Source of the DNA: a virus
Lineage: Duplodnaviria > Caudoviricetes
IMG/VR virus record: IMGVR_UViG_3300032030_004230
Strand: one strand, 5' to 3'
DNA length: 64,000 nucleotides
Made by a program: the position numbers and the translations under genes. The notes beneath the pieces are model-generated. The model searched no databases and was not told the origin of the DNA. It saw only the letters and a list, made by a program, of their open reading frames with translations. Shown here in pieces: positions 55,765 to 64,000 of the stretch; within the stretch, counting starts at the first letter, position 1, and each line of letters begins with the position of its first letter.

Positions 55765-56167
55765 TAGCGGCAGATGCATTCCAGTGAATGAAAATGCTTT
55801 TAAATTTCGTGACAAGTGGCTAAATGAATGTTTTCCAATCAGATGGAAAAAAGAACATGAGCCAGATAAAGAGAGCATTCATATAAATAAAGCTGCTGAA
55901 AGAGGTTTTGAGGTTGGATATTTTGAAGCTAAAAAATCGTACAACTGGATTTTTAATGATGACTTTACATTGGCATACTATGAGCCAGACAATAAACCAA
56001 TAGAAGAAACTTGGAACGTCCAATTGATTTTAGTGGGCTCAGATAGTGATTGCTGGCTTGCTCAAGGGATGGACGGCTCAAGTAGAGTATATTCTAGCTC
56101 TTTTGGTGGAATGGACATTGCTATGAAGTTTTTGGTTAAAGCTTATAAGGAATACAGAAATGGCTGA
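55745..56167 (+). CDS. Hypothetical protein
   Basis: GGAG RBS, packed operon. Confidence 0.7.
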   Translation: MSRFKSDSGRCIPVNENAFKFRDKWLNECFPIRWKKEHEPDKESIHINKAAERGFEVGYFEAKKSYNWIFNDDFTLAYYEPDNKPIEETWNVQLILVGSDSDCWLAQGMDGSSRVYSSSFGGMDIAMKFLVKAYKEYRNG

Positions 56168-56960
56168 TAAAAAAGAAATACTGGAAAAAGCTTGCGAAAA
56201 ACGGCACGAAGCTGCTATAAAATGGCGTAAAGAAAAGGCTGGAAACAACATTCTCAAGAAATGGTTTTATCTTGGCAAGAAACATAAAATTACTGATGAG
56301 TTTGGTTTTAAGTATGAATATGATGCTGAAAAATACTACTCAGCTCCGTATGATAAGATCGTATGGAAGAGATTTAAGAAATATTGCAAGAAGCTTGAAA
56401 TAAAAGGCGTAACAATCCATCGTTCTTGGCTAGGTGATGATAAATCTGTCAGATGCCGTATTTATAAATCTCGAAGGCTCTTTGAAAGTCCCTACAGGAT
56501 GTTCTCATCTTATTGGTGGAAAGACACTCTTGAAGATATTTCTGACACTTTGACATTGAAGCATAATTTCAAGACATGCTCTTTCGACTTTTTCGACATT
56601 TATGAGAATCTGATTGTAAACTTGACAATTAAGGGTTTGTATTTTGGCCTTCATGGGATATGTACAAAAGCAAAAGAGCAGATGCATGAGTGCTGGACTA
56701 TTAGAGACAAATTGCTAAAAGCATATTGTCAAGAAGAATGGGCTTCATACAATGCAACGAAATCTTGCGAAGAAGCTTATGGAGTTGCTTACTCACCTGA
56801 ATTTGAACTCACAGACAATACAATCAAGATTACGAACTCTCCTTCAAAAGAAATTGAGGACTATTACAATGAGCAATACATGAAATGCATTAGCGATGCT
56901 TCAATTTCAAAAGAAGCTTTCGAGACTCTTGCAGAATACATTAATGATCTTTGGGACTAA
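56160..56960 (+). CDS. Hypothetical protein
   Basis: 266-aa ORF, packed operon. Confidence 0.7.
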   Translation: MADKKEILEKACEKRHEAAIKWRKEKAGNNILKKWFYLGKKHKITDEFGFKYEYDAEKYYSAPYDKIVWKRFKKYCKKLEIKGVTIHRSWLGDDKSVRCRIYKSRRLFESPYRMFSSYWWKDTLEDISDTLTLKHNFKTCSFDFFDIYENLIVNLTIKGLYFGLHGICTKAKEQMHECWTIRDKLLKAYCQEEWASYNATKSCEEAYGVAYSPEFELTDNTIKITNSPSKEIEDYYNEQYMKCISDASISKEAFETLAEYINDLWD

Positions 56961-57020
56961 CTAAAAAATACTAGAAAAAGCAAATTATATTATTATTGTA
57001 TTTGCTAAAGGAGACTTTAA

Positions 57021-57365
57021 ATGGCTGAGGAAAAACCAAAGTTCAGCATCAAATGGTTCAAAGAAGAAGATGTTTCTAATCTTGAAGCTTGGGCAGAAGT
57101 AAACAATTATCATATTGATGAGATTGTTGCAGATGACAAAGATTGCTTGATGTACGCATCTAAAAAATTCCATAGAGATTGGACCAAACTCTCAGAGATG
57201 GTGCTTTATGACAAATTGAACGAAATTGCTTATGTCATTTACAATGAAGGCGGTCCAGTTTTGATTGGGACTGACGAAGCTCATAAACTTGAAAATTGGA
57301 CATTCAGGCAGTACAACAGACTAAAAGATGTCCTAGAAAATGGAGATCCTTCTATTGAAGGATAA
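57021..57365 (+). CDS. Hypothetical protein
   Basis: TATATT promoter motif, AAGGAG RBS, hairpin terminator after stop. Confidence 0.75.
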   Translation: MAEEKPKFSIKWFKEEDVSNLEAWAEVNNYHIDEIVADDKDCLMYASKKFHRDWTKLSEMVLYDKLNEIAYVIYNEGGPVLIGTDEAHKLENWTFRQYNRLKDVLENGDPSIEG

Positions 57366-57416
57366 GATCACAGGCTCTCTTAATTGAGAGCTTTTTTAAT
57401 GTAAAGAGAGCAAAAG

Positions 57417-57746
57417 ATGTCTAGAAGCTTTAAGAAAGTCATTGCATTTGGAAAGTCTACAAGAGGTAGACAAAATCGTTGTAAGACTTATGGTGACTAT
57501 GCAGCTAAAAAAGCTCGTAAGGAGAACAGACCAATCATAAGACAGCATCATCGTCATTGTTTGCAGACTTTAGATGATTACGTAGACTATGTCTTAAATC
57601 ATTTCTATATTGAGACGATTTTTAATGATATGTTTGATAGAAGAAGATGGTCTCAATATCAAAGATTCTTGAATAATAGAGAAGAGACACAAGACTTGGT
57701 TTTAGAATTTGCGACTATCTTGTGGAAAAAAGATAGAAGTAAGTAG
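57417..57746 (+). CDS. Basic hypothetical protein (MSRSFKK N-terminus)
   Basis: N-terminus resembles 24660..25394. Confidence 0.65.
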   Translation: MSRSFKKVIAFGKSTRGRQNRCKTYGDYAAKKARKENRPIIRQHHRHCLQTLDDYVDYVLNHFYIETIFNDMFDRRRWSQYQRFLNNREETQDLVLEFATILWKKDRSK

Positions 57747-57768
57747 AGAGTTAATTAAGAATATAACT

Positions 57769-58170
57769 ATGGCAAGCATTTCAGAATTGTGGGGCGTAGC
57801 AAGAGAAGCTGCAGAGATGGCTTATTGTCCGTATTCAAAATTTCCAGTCGGTGCAGCAGTAGAAGGCGATGATGGTAACATTTACTATGGCTGCAATTTA
57901 GAGAATGGCTCTTATGGTCTTACTATATGTGCAGAAAGAAATGCAATAGCAAGTGCAATTGTGCATGGTTGCAAGCATATTTTGAAAGTAGTGATTGTTG
58001 CACCAAGAGGACATAACGTAGGACCATGTGGAGCTTGCAGATCTGTAATTGATGAATTTGCAGACGGTGATATTGTTGTAGCATTTGGAGAAGATCCAGA
58101 AAATCTTGTGATCACTAGCTCAAAGAAATTGTATAACAATTCATTTCCAATTGGAGGACTCTATGATTAA
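57769..58170 (+). CDS. cdd: Cytidine deaminase
   Basis: AYCPYSKFPVGAA, GCNLENGSYGLTICAERNA, PCGACR. Confidence 0.92.
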   Translation: MASISELWGVAREAAEMAYCPYSKFPVGAAVEGDDGNIYYGCNLENGSYGLTICAERNAIASAIVHGCKHILKVVIVAPRGHNVGPCGACRSVIDEFADGDIVVAFGEDPENLVITSSKKLYNNSFPIGGLYD

Positions 58171-58924
58171 AGAAGTGAAAGACTTCGTAAAGTATCTTTC
58201 TGATAAGAAGCAAGATTACTCAACAGGCTCTCTTTCAAAGAAAAACTTCGGTTTTAAGTATGTAAAGTCTATTTCATTCCCTTACGGAAGAGAGATTCTT
58301 AATAAACTGAAATCTTGCGAAAAAGAGATTGAACTTGATGAGGAAGAACTCGACTACTTGAATGATATTGTGCCTGAGGATTTTTCAGACTATGTTCATT
58401 TCAGAGGGAAATTCTTTTTTGTAGACTACTCTACGGGCACTGTTTCAAAAGTCGAAAAATCGAGCATTGATGATGTGAAGATTTTTGACTTAAGCAGATT
58501 TTCTGAAGTAGAGACTTTGAAATCATCTATTAGAGCTGCACTAGACATTCTAGAAAGCTCTATTGACAGATATGATGAAGGCGTTATTTATGATGAGCTG
58601 AACTATTCTATCGAAAAAGAGAGAATGATTCCAAATGAGACTTATGATGGCTCTCTTTCAATCACAAGAAATCAGTCTAAAGCAATGAATGAGTGGCAAG
58701 CTGAGCATAACAAAAAGTATCATAAAAAAGGCTTTGGCTACAGAGGCGCATCTCCCACAAGTAATTTTGAAATTGTCATTGGTTCTAATAGCATTGGTAC
58801 ATACGCTGATTGCAGATGTACTAGCTGCTTAGAAGCTGCAGAAAATGCTAGAGAAGTTGGTGACAACAAAGCTTATGAAAAAATTAGAAAAAGAGCATCT
58901 TTTGAAGTATTCAACAATATGTAA
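58163..58924 (+). CDS. Hypothetical protein
   Basis: GGAGG RBS; C-terminal H..SIG..C..C motif. Confidence 0.7.
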   Translation: MIKEVKDFVKYLSDKKQDYSTGSLSKKNFGFKYVKSISFPYGREILNKLKSCEKEIELDEEELDYLNDIVPEDFSDYVHFRGKFFFVDYSTGTVSKVEKSSIDDVKIFDLSRFSEVETLKSSIRAALDILESSIDRYDEGVIYDELNYSIEKERMIPNETYDGSLSITRNQSKAMNEWQAEHNKKYHKKGFGYRGASPTSNFEIVIGSNSIGTYADCRCTSCLEAAENAREVGDNKAYEKIRKRASFEVFNNM

Positions 58925-58939
58925 GAGGAGAGAAGTCTT

Positions 58940-59458
58940 ATGAGAATAGCAGCCATAAATGGCAATGACATTGTCGATGCGATTGACGGAATAGCAGTCT
59001 CTTTATGGACAGTTGGTTGTCCACATCATTGCAAGGGATGCCAAAATTCTGAGCTGTGGGACTATAATGCTGGCAAAGACTATGAAATTGATGATATTGT
59101 AGATAAGCTTGAGCATGCTATTAGTAAGTCACATATTTACAGAAGTCTGTCTATTCTTGGTGGAGAGCCTCTTTGTGAAGAAAACATTTATGATGTGAAT
59201 GAAATCATAAAGCGAATAAGAGCTTCTCATCCAGACATTTTCATTTATGTATGGTCTGGCTACACTAAAGAACAGCTAGAAGAAAAGCCAGTCTTTCAGG
59301 AAATTCTAAGCAACATAAATTACTTTATTGACGGGCCTTATGTAGAGTCATTGAGAGATACTCGTTTGGTCCTTCGTGGAAGCTCAAATCAGAGAATTTG
59401 GGTCAAGAGCGATGATGGGTGGGGCCTTCTAAAAGAAAGAGACAGATTCGCATGTTAA
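58940..59458 (+). CDS. nrdG: Anaerobic ribonucleotide reductase activating protein
   Basis: GCPHHCKGCQN, LGGEP, WSGY, IDGPY, RGSSNQR. Confidence 0.92.
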   Translation: MRIAAINGNDIVDAIDGIAVSLWTVGCPHHCKGCQNSELWDYNAGKDYEIDDIVDKLEHAISKSHIYRSLSILGGEPLCEENIYDVNEIIKRIRASHPDIFIYVWSGYTKEQLEEKPVFQEILSNINYFIDGPYVESLRDTRLVLRGSSNQRIWVKSDDGWGLLKERDRFAC

Positions 59459-59467
59459 TATCTTTAT

Positions 59468-59806
59468 ATGGATAATTCTTTTATGCACCCGTCTACATAC
59501 GATGACGGAAATATTGACATTTCGAAAGTAGATATTGCAGCACAGACACAAAATTTACGTAGGGAGCCTACAGAGACATCTCTGCCAAAAGGCTATATTG
59601 TGCTGCATAATGTGACTGGCGGCATGGCTGTTGTAAAAGCATCAGACATTTCAGTTTTCTTCAATGACAAAGTCAAAGACAACCCGCAGTCTTTCGTAAG
59701 TATTCTTCCAGAATCTGGAAAGTGGCAGCTTAGAGTAAAGGAGCCTTTGTCTGATGTTGTTGCTAAGATTGCTGAAGCTCTAGACGACGAGGCTTATGAG
59801 GAGTGA
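59468..59806 (+). CDS. Hypothetical protein
   Basis: ORF below a GTTAAT motif. Confidence 0.7.
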   Translation: MDNSFMHPSTYDDGNIDISKVDIAAQTQNLRREPTETSLPKGYIVLHNVTGGMAVVKASDISVFFNDKVKDNPQSFVSILPESGKWQLRVKEPLSDVVAKIAEALDDEAYEE

Positions 59807-60386
59807 AGCTGAATTCTGTACTGTAATTGGACATTCTCTTGTAACTGGTTACAAAATCCCAGATGAATCAGGCTTTCAATTCGGCGCTAAAACAAGCATT
59901 CGATGCTTTGACGGCATTGGCATGCTTCCAGAAAATTACTTAGACAAGTCGAAAGATGATAGTCTTGTATTTATCCCATGGGAAGCAAAGCATCTTAAAG
60001 ATATGAGTGCTTTCTCTCTTAAAAGAGTTGAAGTGCATCAGGATTACTACTTGTCTGAATACAGTAAAGCTAAGAGTGTCTATCCGCTTTTAATTGTCGG
60101 GGTCTCAGTAAGCAGAGGCGACAATAGAGCTTACATTTTTGACTATCGTAGAATCGGTCATCGACTATTTCAAGCAGAATTCTCTATTCATAAAAAGTTT
60201 CTAGAGAAGCTTCCATACAATCCTATCCATAAAGGAAAATTTAATTTCGACAACATTCTAACAGAAGAAGATTTTGTGAAAGTTTATGATGATAAAAACT
60301 TCTGGAAGAAAATTGAGGAGACTATAAATGTCAAGCAAAGCGAAAAAAATTCAGACGCATATAGAGACAACACACCCAATGAGTAA
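59796..60386 (+). CDS. RecU-like Holliday junction resolvase (PD-(D/E)xK)
   Basis: E..F, KIPD, FD, WEAK, HQ..YL motifs. Confidence 0.6.
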   Translation: MRSEAEFCTVIGHSLVTGYKIPDESGFQFGAKTSIRCFDGIGMLPENYLDKSKDDSLVFIPWEAKHLKDMSAFSLKRVEVHQDYYLSEYSKAKSVYPLLIVGVSVSRGDNRAYIFDYRRIGHRLFQAEFSIHKKFLEKLPYNPIHKGKFNFDNILTEEDFVKVYDDKNFWKKIEETINVKQSEKNSDAYRDNTPNE

Positions 60387-60699
60387 AGATGCTCGTAAAG
60401 TAGCAGAAGATATTGCAAGCAATCTTGTGACTATTGGAAACTGCTCTTGCGGAAATGCATTGATGATTGCTCTTGGCGATGAGCACCCGTTCAATTACTA
60501 CTGTCTTAACTGCAATGCAATCGGCGATGTACGCATTCCGAATAGAAATCATAAATTCTTGAGAGTAGGGATTGAAGAAAATAAAGTGCTCAATTCACCT
60601 CTTGAACTTTTGAAGCATGCATACAAGTCGATGCAGAACAAAGACATTACTGATGAAATGATAAAGAACACTGCTATTGACAACGATCGAAATTGTTAA
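60328..60699 (+). CDS. Zinc-ribbon protein
   Basis: CSCG..YCLNC; GAGGAG RBS. Confidence 0.65.
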   Translation: MSSKAKKIQTHIETTHPMSKDARKVAEDIASNLVTIGNCSCGNALMIALGDEHPFNYYCLNCNAIGDVRIPNRNHKFLRVGIEENKVLNSPLELLKHAYKSMQNKDITDEMIKNTAIDNDRNC

Positions 60700-60739
60700 T
60701 TTTTCTAATAGAGTCATTCATGACTTGAAGGAGATAAAA

Positions 60740-61081
60740 ATGAATCTTACAGGTGAAAAATTTCGAGGAAAATGCGGAAAAGACTATCAGGAAAACTTGA
60801 ACAAACCTGGCAAATACACCATCGAAGTCATTGACTATGATAATGAAGATGGCTTCACAAATGTTGAAGTTGATGTAAAAGCTGTCTGTCTCAGTGAAGA
60901 AGGCTCTGGCGAGCATACAATCATTGCTGAGTTCCTTGATGGCAAAAAGAAAGGTGAACTTCACATGATGTATTACAATGGCAATCAGGGCTGTTGGAAA
61001 TATGGTCCAACTGGTTGGGACAAAGATGTTTCAACAGTATATCCGCAGCTCTTTGAAAAAACTGTCGAGTTTGACGAATAG
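60740..61081 (+). CDS. Hypothetical protein
   Basis: AAGGAG RBS before MNLTG. Confidence 0.7.
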   Translation: MNLTGEKFRGKCGKDYQENLNKPGKYTIEVIDYDNEDGFTNVEVDVKAVCLSEEGSGEHTIIAEFLDGKKKGELHMMYYNGNQGCWKYGPTGWDKDVSTVYPQLFEKTVEFDE

Positions 61082-61082
61082 C

Positions 61083-61112
61083 TTGAAAAATTTACAGAAA
61101 CTTTATTATATT
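61083..61112 (+). promoter_or_regulatory. Sigma70-like promoter upstream of tmRNA
   Basis: TTGAAA-18 nt-TATATT; same arrangement at 61574-61603. Confidence 0.65.
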
Positions 61113-61158
61113 ATTTAAGTCTTTCAGCTTTACTAATAAAGCTGAAAGACAAATATTC

Positions 61159-61524
61159 GGGCGTAACTTTTGGAATCGATTGGTACCAGAGTAGCCTACA
61201 TATCATGCGTAGTGGTTAGTGTACCCTAAAAGCACCGTAAGAAACGACGCTAATGTTTCATATGCTAAAGTAGCGTAAGCTGATTAGCATCTAGAGACTA
61301 CGAGAGCTCTAGCGGCTAGATGCAAAGATGTAGGTAGTAGCATTCTTAGTTGTCACATACCACCTTCTAGGAAATCGTAGATGCGGAGCGAGAGCATGTA
61401 ACGATAACGACAAAACTTGGGCAGAAACCGGTAGCTATCCCGAATCGAAAACTAGCTTAAGCATGTATAGAAATATGTATGCAAAAAGGTAAGCAAGACC
61501 TGAGTTCGAATCTCAGTACGTCCA
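61159..61524 (+). ncRNA. ssrA: tmRNA
   Basis: Acceptor stem GGGCGTA/TACGTCC-A with G3.U70, GGAATCGA D-loop-like motif, T-arm CTGAG-TTCGAAT-CTCAG, tag frame (N)DANVSYAKVA* at 61243-61278. Confidence 0.92.
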
Positions 61525-61573
61525 CTTATACAAAATTTCAAAGTAGACAAAGCGGTGGTAAGTGCTTGGATTT

Positions 61574-61603
61574 TTGAAAATTTGCAGAAGTAGTTATTAT
61601 ATT
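61574..61603 (+). promoter_or_regulatory. Sigma70-like promoter upstream of the large ncRNA candidate
   Basis: TTGAAA-18 nt-TATATT. Confidence 0.65.
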
Positions 61604-61609
61604 ATTTCT

Positions 61610-62267
61610 GTAAGGTTGAACCAAAGAACAACTTAAAAAATCTTGGTGGTGGGTGCGTAGCTCTTTGCTACCTATTGGCTTAGAGAGGTCAAATGCTCTA
61701 GCTGATAAAGGTAATCCGGAAACCTTTAACCGGTGATGTGATGGTGGACACTTAAAACACTCGACCTGGCTGGTGATACAGCAAGTATAAGAGACTATTA
61801 TGCCTTTAGCTGAAGTTCTCTTATATGGGAGAAAAGCCCTGAGTTTCCTAATAGAGCTCTAGAGTTGGACTTTGTAGACCAAGAGATCCTATTCTTAGAA
61901 ATAGGGGATGCAACGGCAAAGTTAAAAACAACGCGAAACAACAAGTTTGTTAGCGGCTCCAGTTTCAAACGTGGGAACATCTGCATTCTGAGAATTGACT
62001 CAGACACATTAGTATAGGCTTAAGATGATGCAGCATCTGAAAGCCATATTTATCCTGAATAGTTTTTCCTGGCTTTTCCGCAAAAACCAGGTGGTGGAAG
62101 TTTGCATTGATTTTTGTTGAAACCGATGCATCCCTTTATTCTGAGTAGAAATACTCGGTGAGAGTTCCTCATGGATAGGGAACCGGATAATCACATGCCG
62201 GCGCTGGCGGATTCAACCTCCGCAACTCTTAGAACTGTATGTCATACAGTGTATAATCCATCCTTTT
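61610..62267 (+). ncRNA. Large structured ncRNA candidate (GOLLD/ROOL-class size and context)
   Basis: No credible ORF, raised GC, many hairpins, own promoter and terminator, next to tmRNA. Family not established. Confidence 0.6.
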
Positions 62268-62310
62268 AGCTGGGGACGCGGCCTTATTTTTCCGTTCCCA
62301 GCTTTTTTCT
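62268..62310 (+). terminator. Intrinsic terminator
   Basis: AGCTGGGGA/TTCCCAGCT stem plus T-run. Confidence 0.75.
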
Positions 62311-62438
62311 TTTAAAGACTAAATTTTTTAGTTCATTTGCAATGAAAATCAATGCATGTCATTATTATATTATTATAGCATTAAAATGATAGGGAATGTC
62401 AATATTTGCAAAGGATTGCAAAGCAAAAAGGAAGAATT

Positions 62439-63182
62439 ATGAAAAAAGTTGAAGTAGTGATGGTTGCAGCTTGTGTAGCAATTTGGCTTGGTGTTGTAGC
62501 AGTTTCTGTTGCAGCTGCAAAAGTTTGTAGTAGAGAACCTGTAGTAGTTGAAAAGCCTGAAATTACTGTAAAATTTGAATCTGGTGTAGAACTTGTTATT
62601 GAGAGAAAAGAAGACTCATACGACTATTCTCTTGCTCTTATGACTTTTTCTGCTATGAAGAAAGCTGAGCTAGACATGGACTGGAATGATGCCCTCTATG
62701 TTTCTGAGACAATTACAAGGAAAGCTAAAGAAGCTGGATTAGATCCTCGAGATGCTCTTATTTTATGTCATGTAGAATCAGACTTTAAGTATGATGCAAA
62801 CAACAAACGCGGTGGTGCAGTAGGGCTTTGTCAAATTACTAAACCTTGTCTAAAAGAGTACAATGATTGGACTGGAAACTCCTACACTATGAATGATATG
62901 TGGGAAATTGACAAGAATCTTACTGTAGGCTTTTGGTATATGAAGCATCTTATGACAGTCTACGCAAAGCGTGGATATCCTATTCATACAATTAGAGATG
63001 CATATATAGCCTACAATGTAGGCCCATCTTATTACAAAAATGCAAAGAATAGAGAAATGCTTGAAGCAGGAAAGCACTACAACAAATACACTAAGCGTTG
63101 GGAAGTCTACAATGCAAACAAGCGTTTTGATAGAATTGCGCAGAGCTATTCTTTCGAAGCATTAGATTATAGCTTTATGTAG
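62439..63182 (+). CDS. Lytic transglycosylase (SLT domain) with N-terminal signal/anchor
   Basis: VESDF, GAVGLCQI, N..VG..Y, AYNVGP. Confidence 0.88.
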   Translation: MKKVEVVMVAACVAIWLGVVAVSVAAAKVCSREPVVVEKPEITVKFESGVELVIERKEDSYDYSLALMTFSAMKKAELDMDWNDALYVSETITRKAKEAGLDPRDALILCHVESDFKYDANNKRGGAVGLCQITKPCLKEYNDWTGNSYTMNDMWEIDKNLTVGFWYMKHLMTVYAKRGYPIHTIRDAYIAYNVGPSYYKNAKNREMLEAGKHYNKYTKRWEVYNANKRFDRIAQSYSFEALDYSFM

Positions 63183-63217
63183 AGAAAATTGATAGCTAAG
63201 CCCCACTAATTTTTATT

Positions 63218-64000
63218 ATGTGGAGCTTTTTTTCATCACATCCTCTTACGTTCATAGCTGCAGTTGCAATTCTTGCAGCAGTAGTGGGTGTTCTAATGTA
63301 TCTTCTTGCAAAAAGAAAGGGATCAGTTTCAATAGGAAAATTGTCTTTTGACTTTAATGATAAAGAATCTGTAAAAGAAACAGCTTCAAAAAACACTGAG
63401 CAAAAGCAAGCTGAAGAACTTCGGAAAAGATGGGAAGACTACATTCGTCATACTTTAGGAAAACAATTTGATCAAGTGACGCCTTTCATGCACAGTCTTA
63501 GACCTGTCTTTAATCGTCTTGTCTTTTCTATACTTGATGATGCAGTAGCAGAGAGTCTCGGAATTAGACGAGAAGAAAGGAAGTTTGTCGAGAAAAAGCC
63601 TGCTGATAAGATCTCAGGCGGGTACTATGAAGTGGAAGAAGTTACTACATATCACTCTGAGCCAAGAACTAGAATTTTCTCAAGTCTTGTAGAAAGCACT
63701 GTAGATTCTCTCATGGGATCTCTTGAAAGAGAAGTCTACAATATGCTTATAAGCAATCATATTGGCAAGACAAGTGACGAAGTCAAAAACTACATAAACA
63801 TGAAAAGTGAGAACATCATTGGAACTGTGAGAAACTGCTTATGTGATGCCTATAACAATCTCAGCAATAACAATCTTTTTGACACTCACAAATACTGGTC
63901 TGAGGCTGGTATAGAATATCCTGAAGACTGGATTCAAGACAAGATTTATCGACTTTTTGTATTATGCATGCAAGTCCGCTACAAAGACTTCGTCAGCTAA
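63218..64000 (+). CDS. Membrane-anchored hypothetical protein (possible lysis-related)
   Basis: N-terminal TM helix; ACTAATT motif 6 nt upstream of ATG; next to the SLT gene. Confidence 0.6.
   Translation: MWSFFSSHPLTFIAAVAILAAVVGVLMYLLAKRKGSVSIGKLSFDFNDKESVKETASKNTEQKQAEELRKRWEDYIRHTLGKQFDQVTPFMHSLRPVFNRLVFSILDDAVAESLGIRREERKFVEKKPADKISGGYYEVEEVTTYHSEPRTRIFSSLVESTVDSLMGSLEREVYNMLISNHIGKTSDEVKNYINMKSENIIGTVRNCLCDAYNNLSNNNLFDTHKYWSEAGIEYPEDWIQDKIYRLFVLCMQVRYKDFVS

Noticed and set aside
61495-61524. Stand-alone tRNA
   Set aside because: The T-arm and acceptor strand pair with 61159-61165 and belong to the tmRNA; no anticodon arm.
61798-62194. Two short minus-strand ORFs
   Set aside because: No RBS, atypical composition, antisense to a promoter- and terminator-bounded structured region.
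565-63396. Many short antisense or overlapping ORFs (e.g. 565..1032, 16578..17051, 35029..35670, 36157..36735, 52446..53012)
   Set aside because: Shadow frames of longer genes with clear motifs.
1-64000. Stop-codon reassignment as in some large gut phages
   Set aside because: Coding density is high under the standard code and TAA, TAG and TGA all end recognisable full-length genes.

Overview
AT-rich, densely coding 64-kb segment of a large (jumbo-type, T4-like myovirus) bacteriophage genome, standard genetic code, probably from an anaerobic host (nrdG, many radical SAM genes). Main content: (1) a ~9.4-kb operon of eight paralogous radical-SAM/twitch genes plus a kinase-like gene, flanked by two PP-loop (asparagine-synthase-like) genes; (2) virion genes (1735-aa protein, prohead protease-scaffold fusion, gp19-like tail tube, lytic transglycosylase); (3) replication genes (family A DNA polymerase that stops just before motif A, beta-clamp-like protein, DnaX-like clamp loader, RecA, RecU-like nuclease); (4) a DNA-hypermodification set: T4 gp42-like dCMP hydroxymethylase, separate ThyX, an operon of dNMP kinase + T4 beta-glucosyltransferase-like enzyme + UDP-galactopyranose mutase, and two more glycosyltransferases, which together suggest furanosyl-sugar-modified 5hmC DNA; (5) non-coding elements: a tmRNA, a ~700-nt highly structured RNA candidate, a ~250-bp IS200/IS605-type miniature element carrying a TnpB omega-RNA-like scaffold but no protein gene, six copies of a 22-bp dispersed intergenic repeat, and three promoter-motif classes. 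All protein calls come from motifs recognised by eye; no database search was run.
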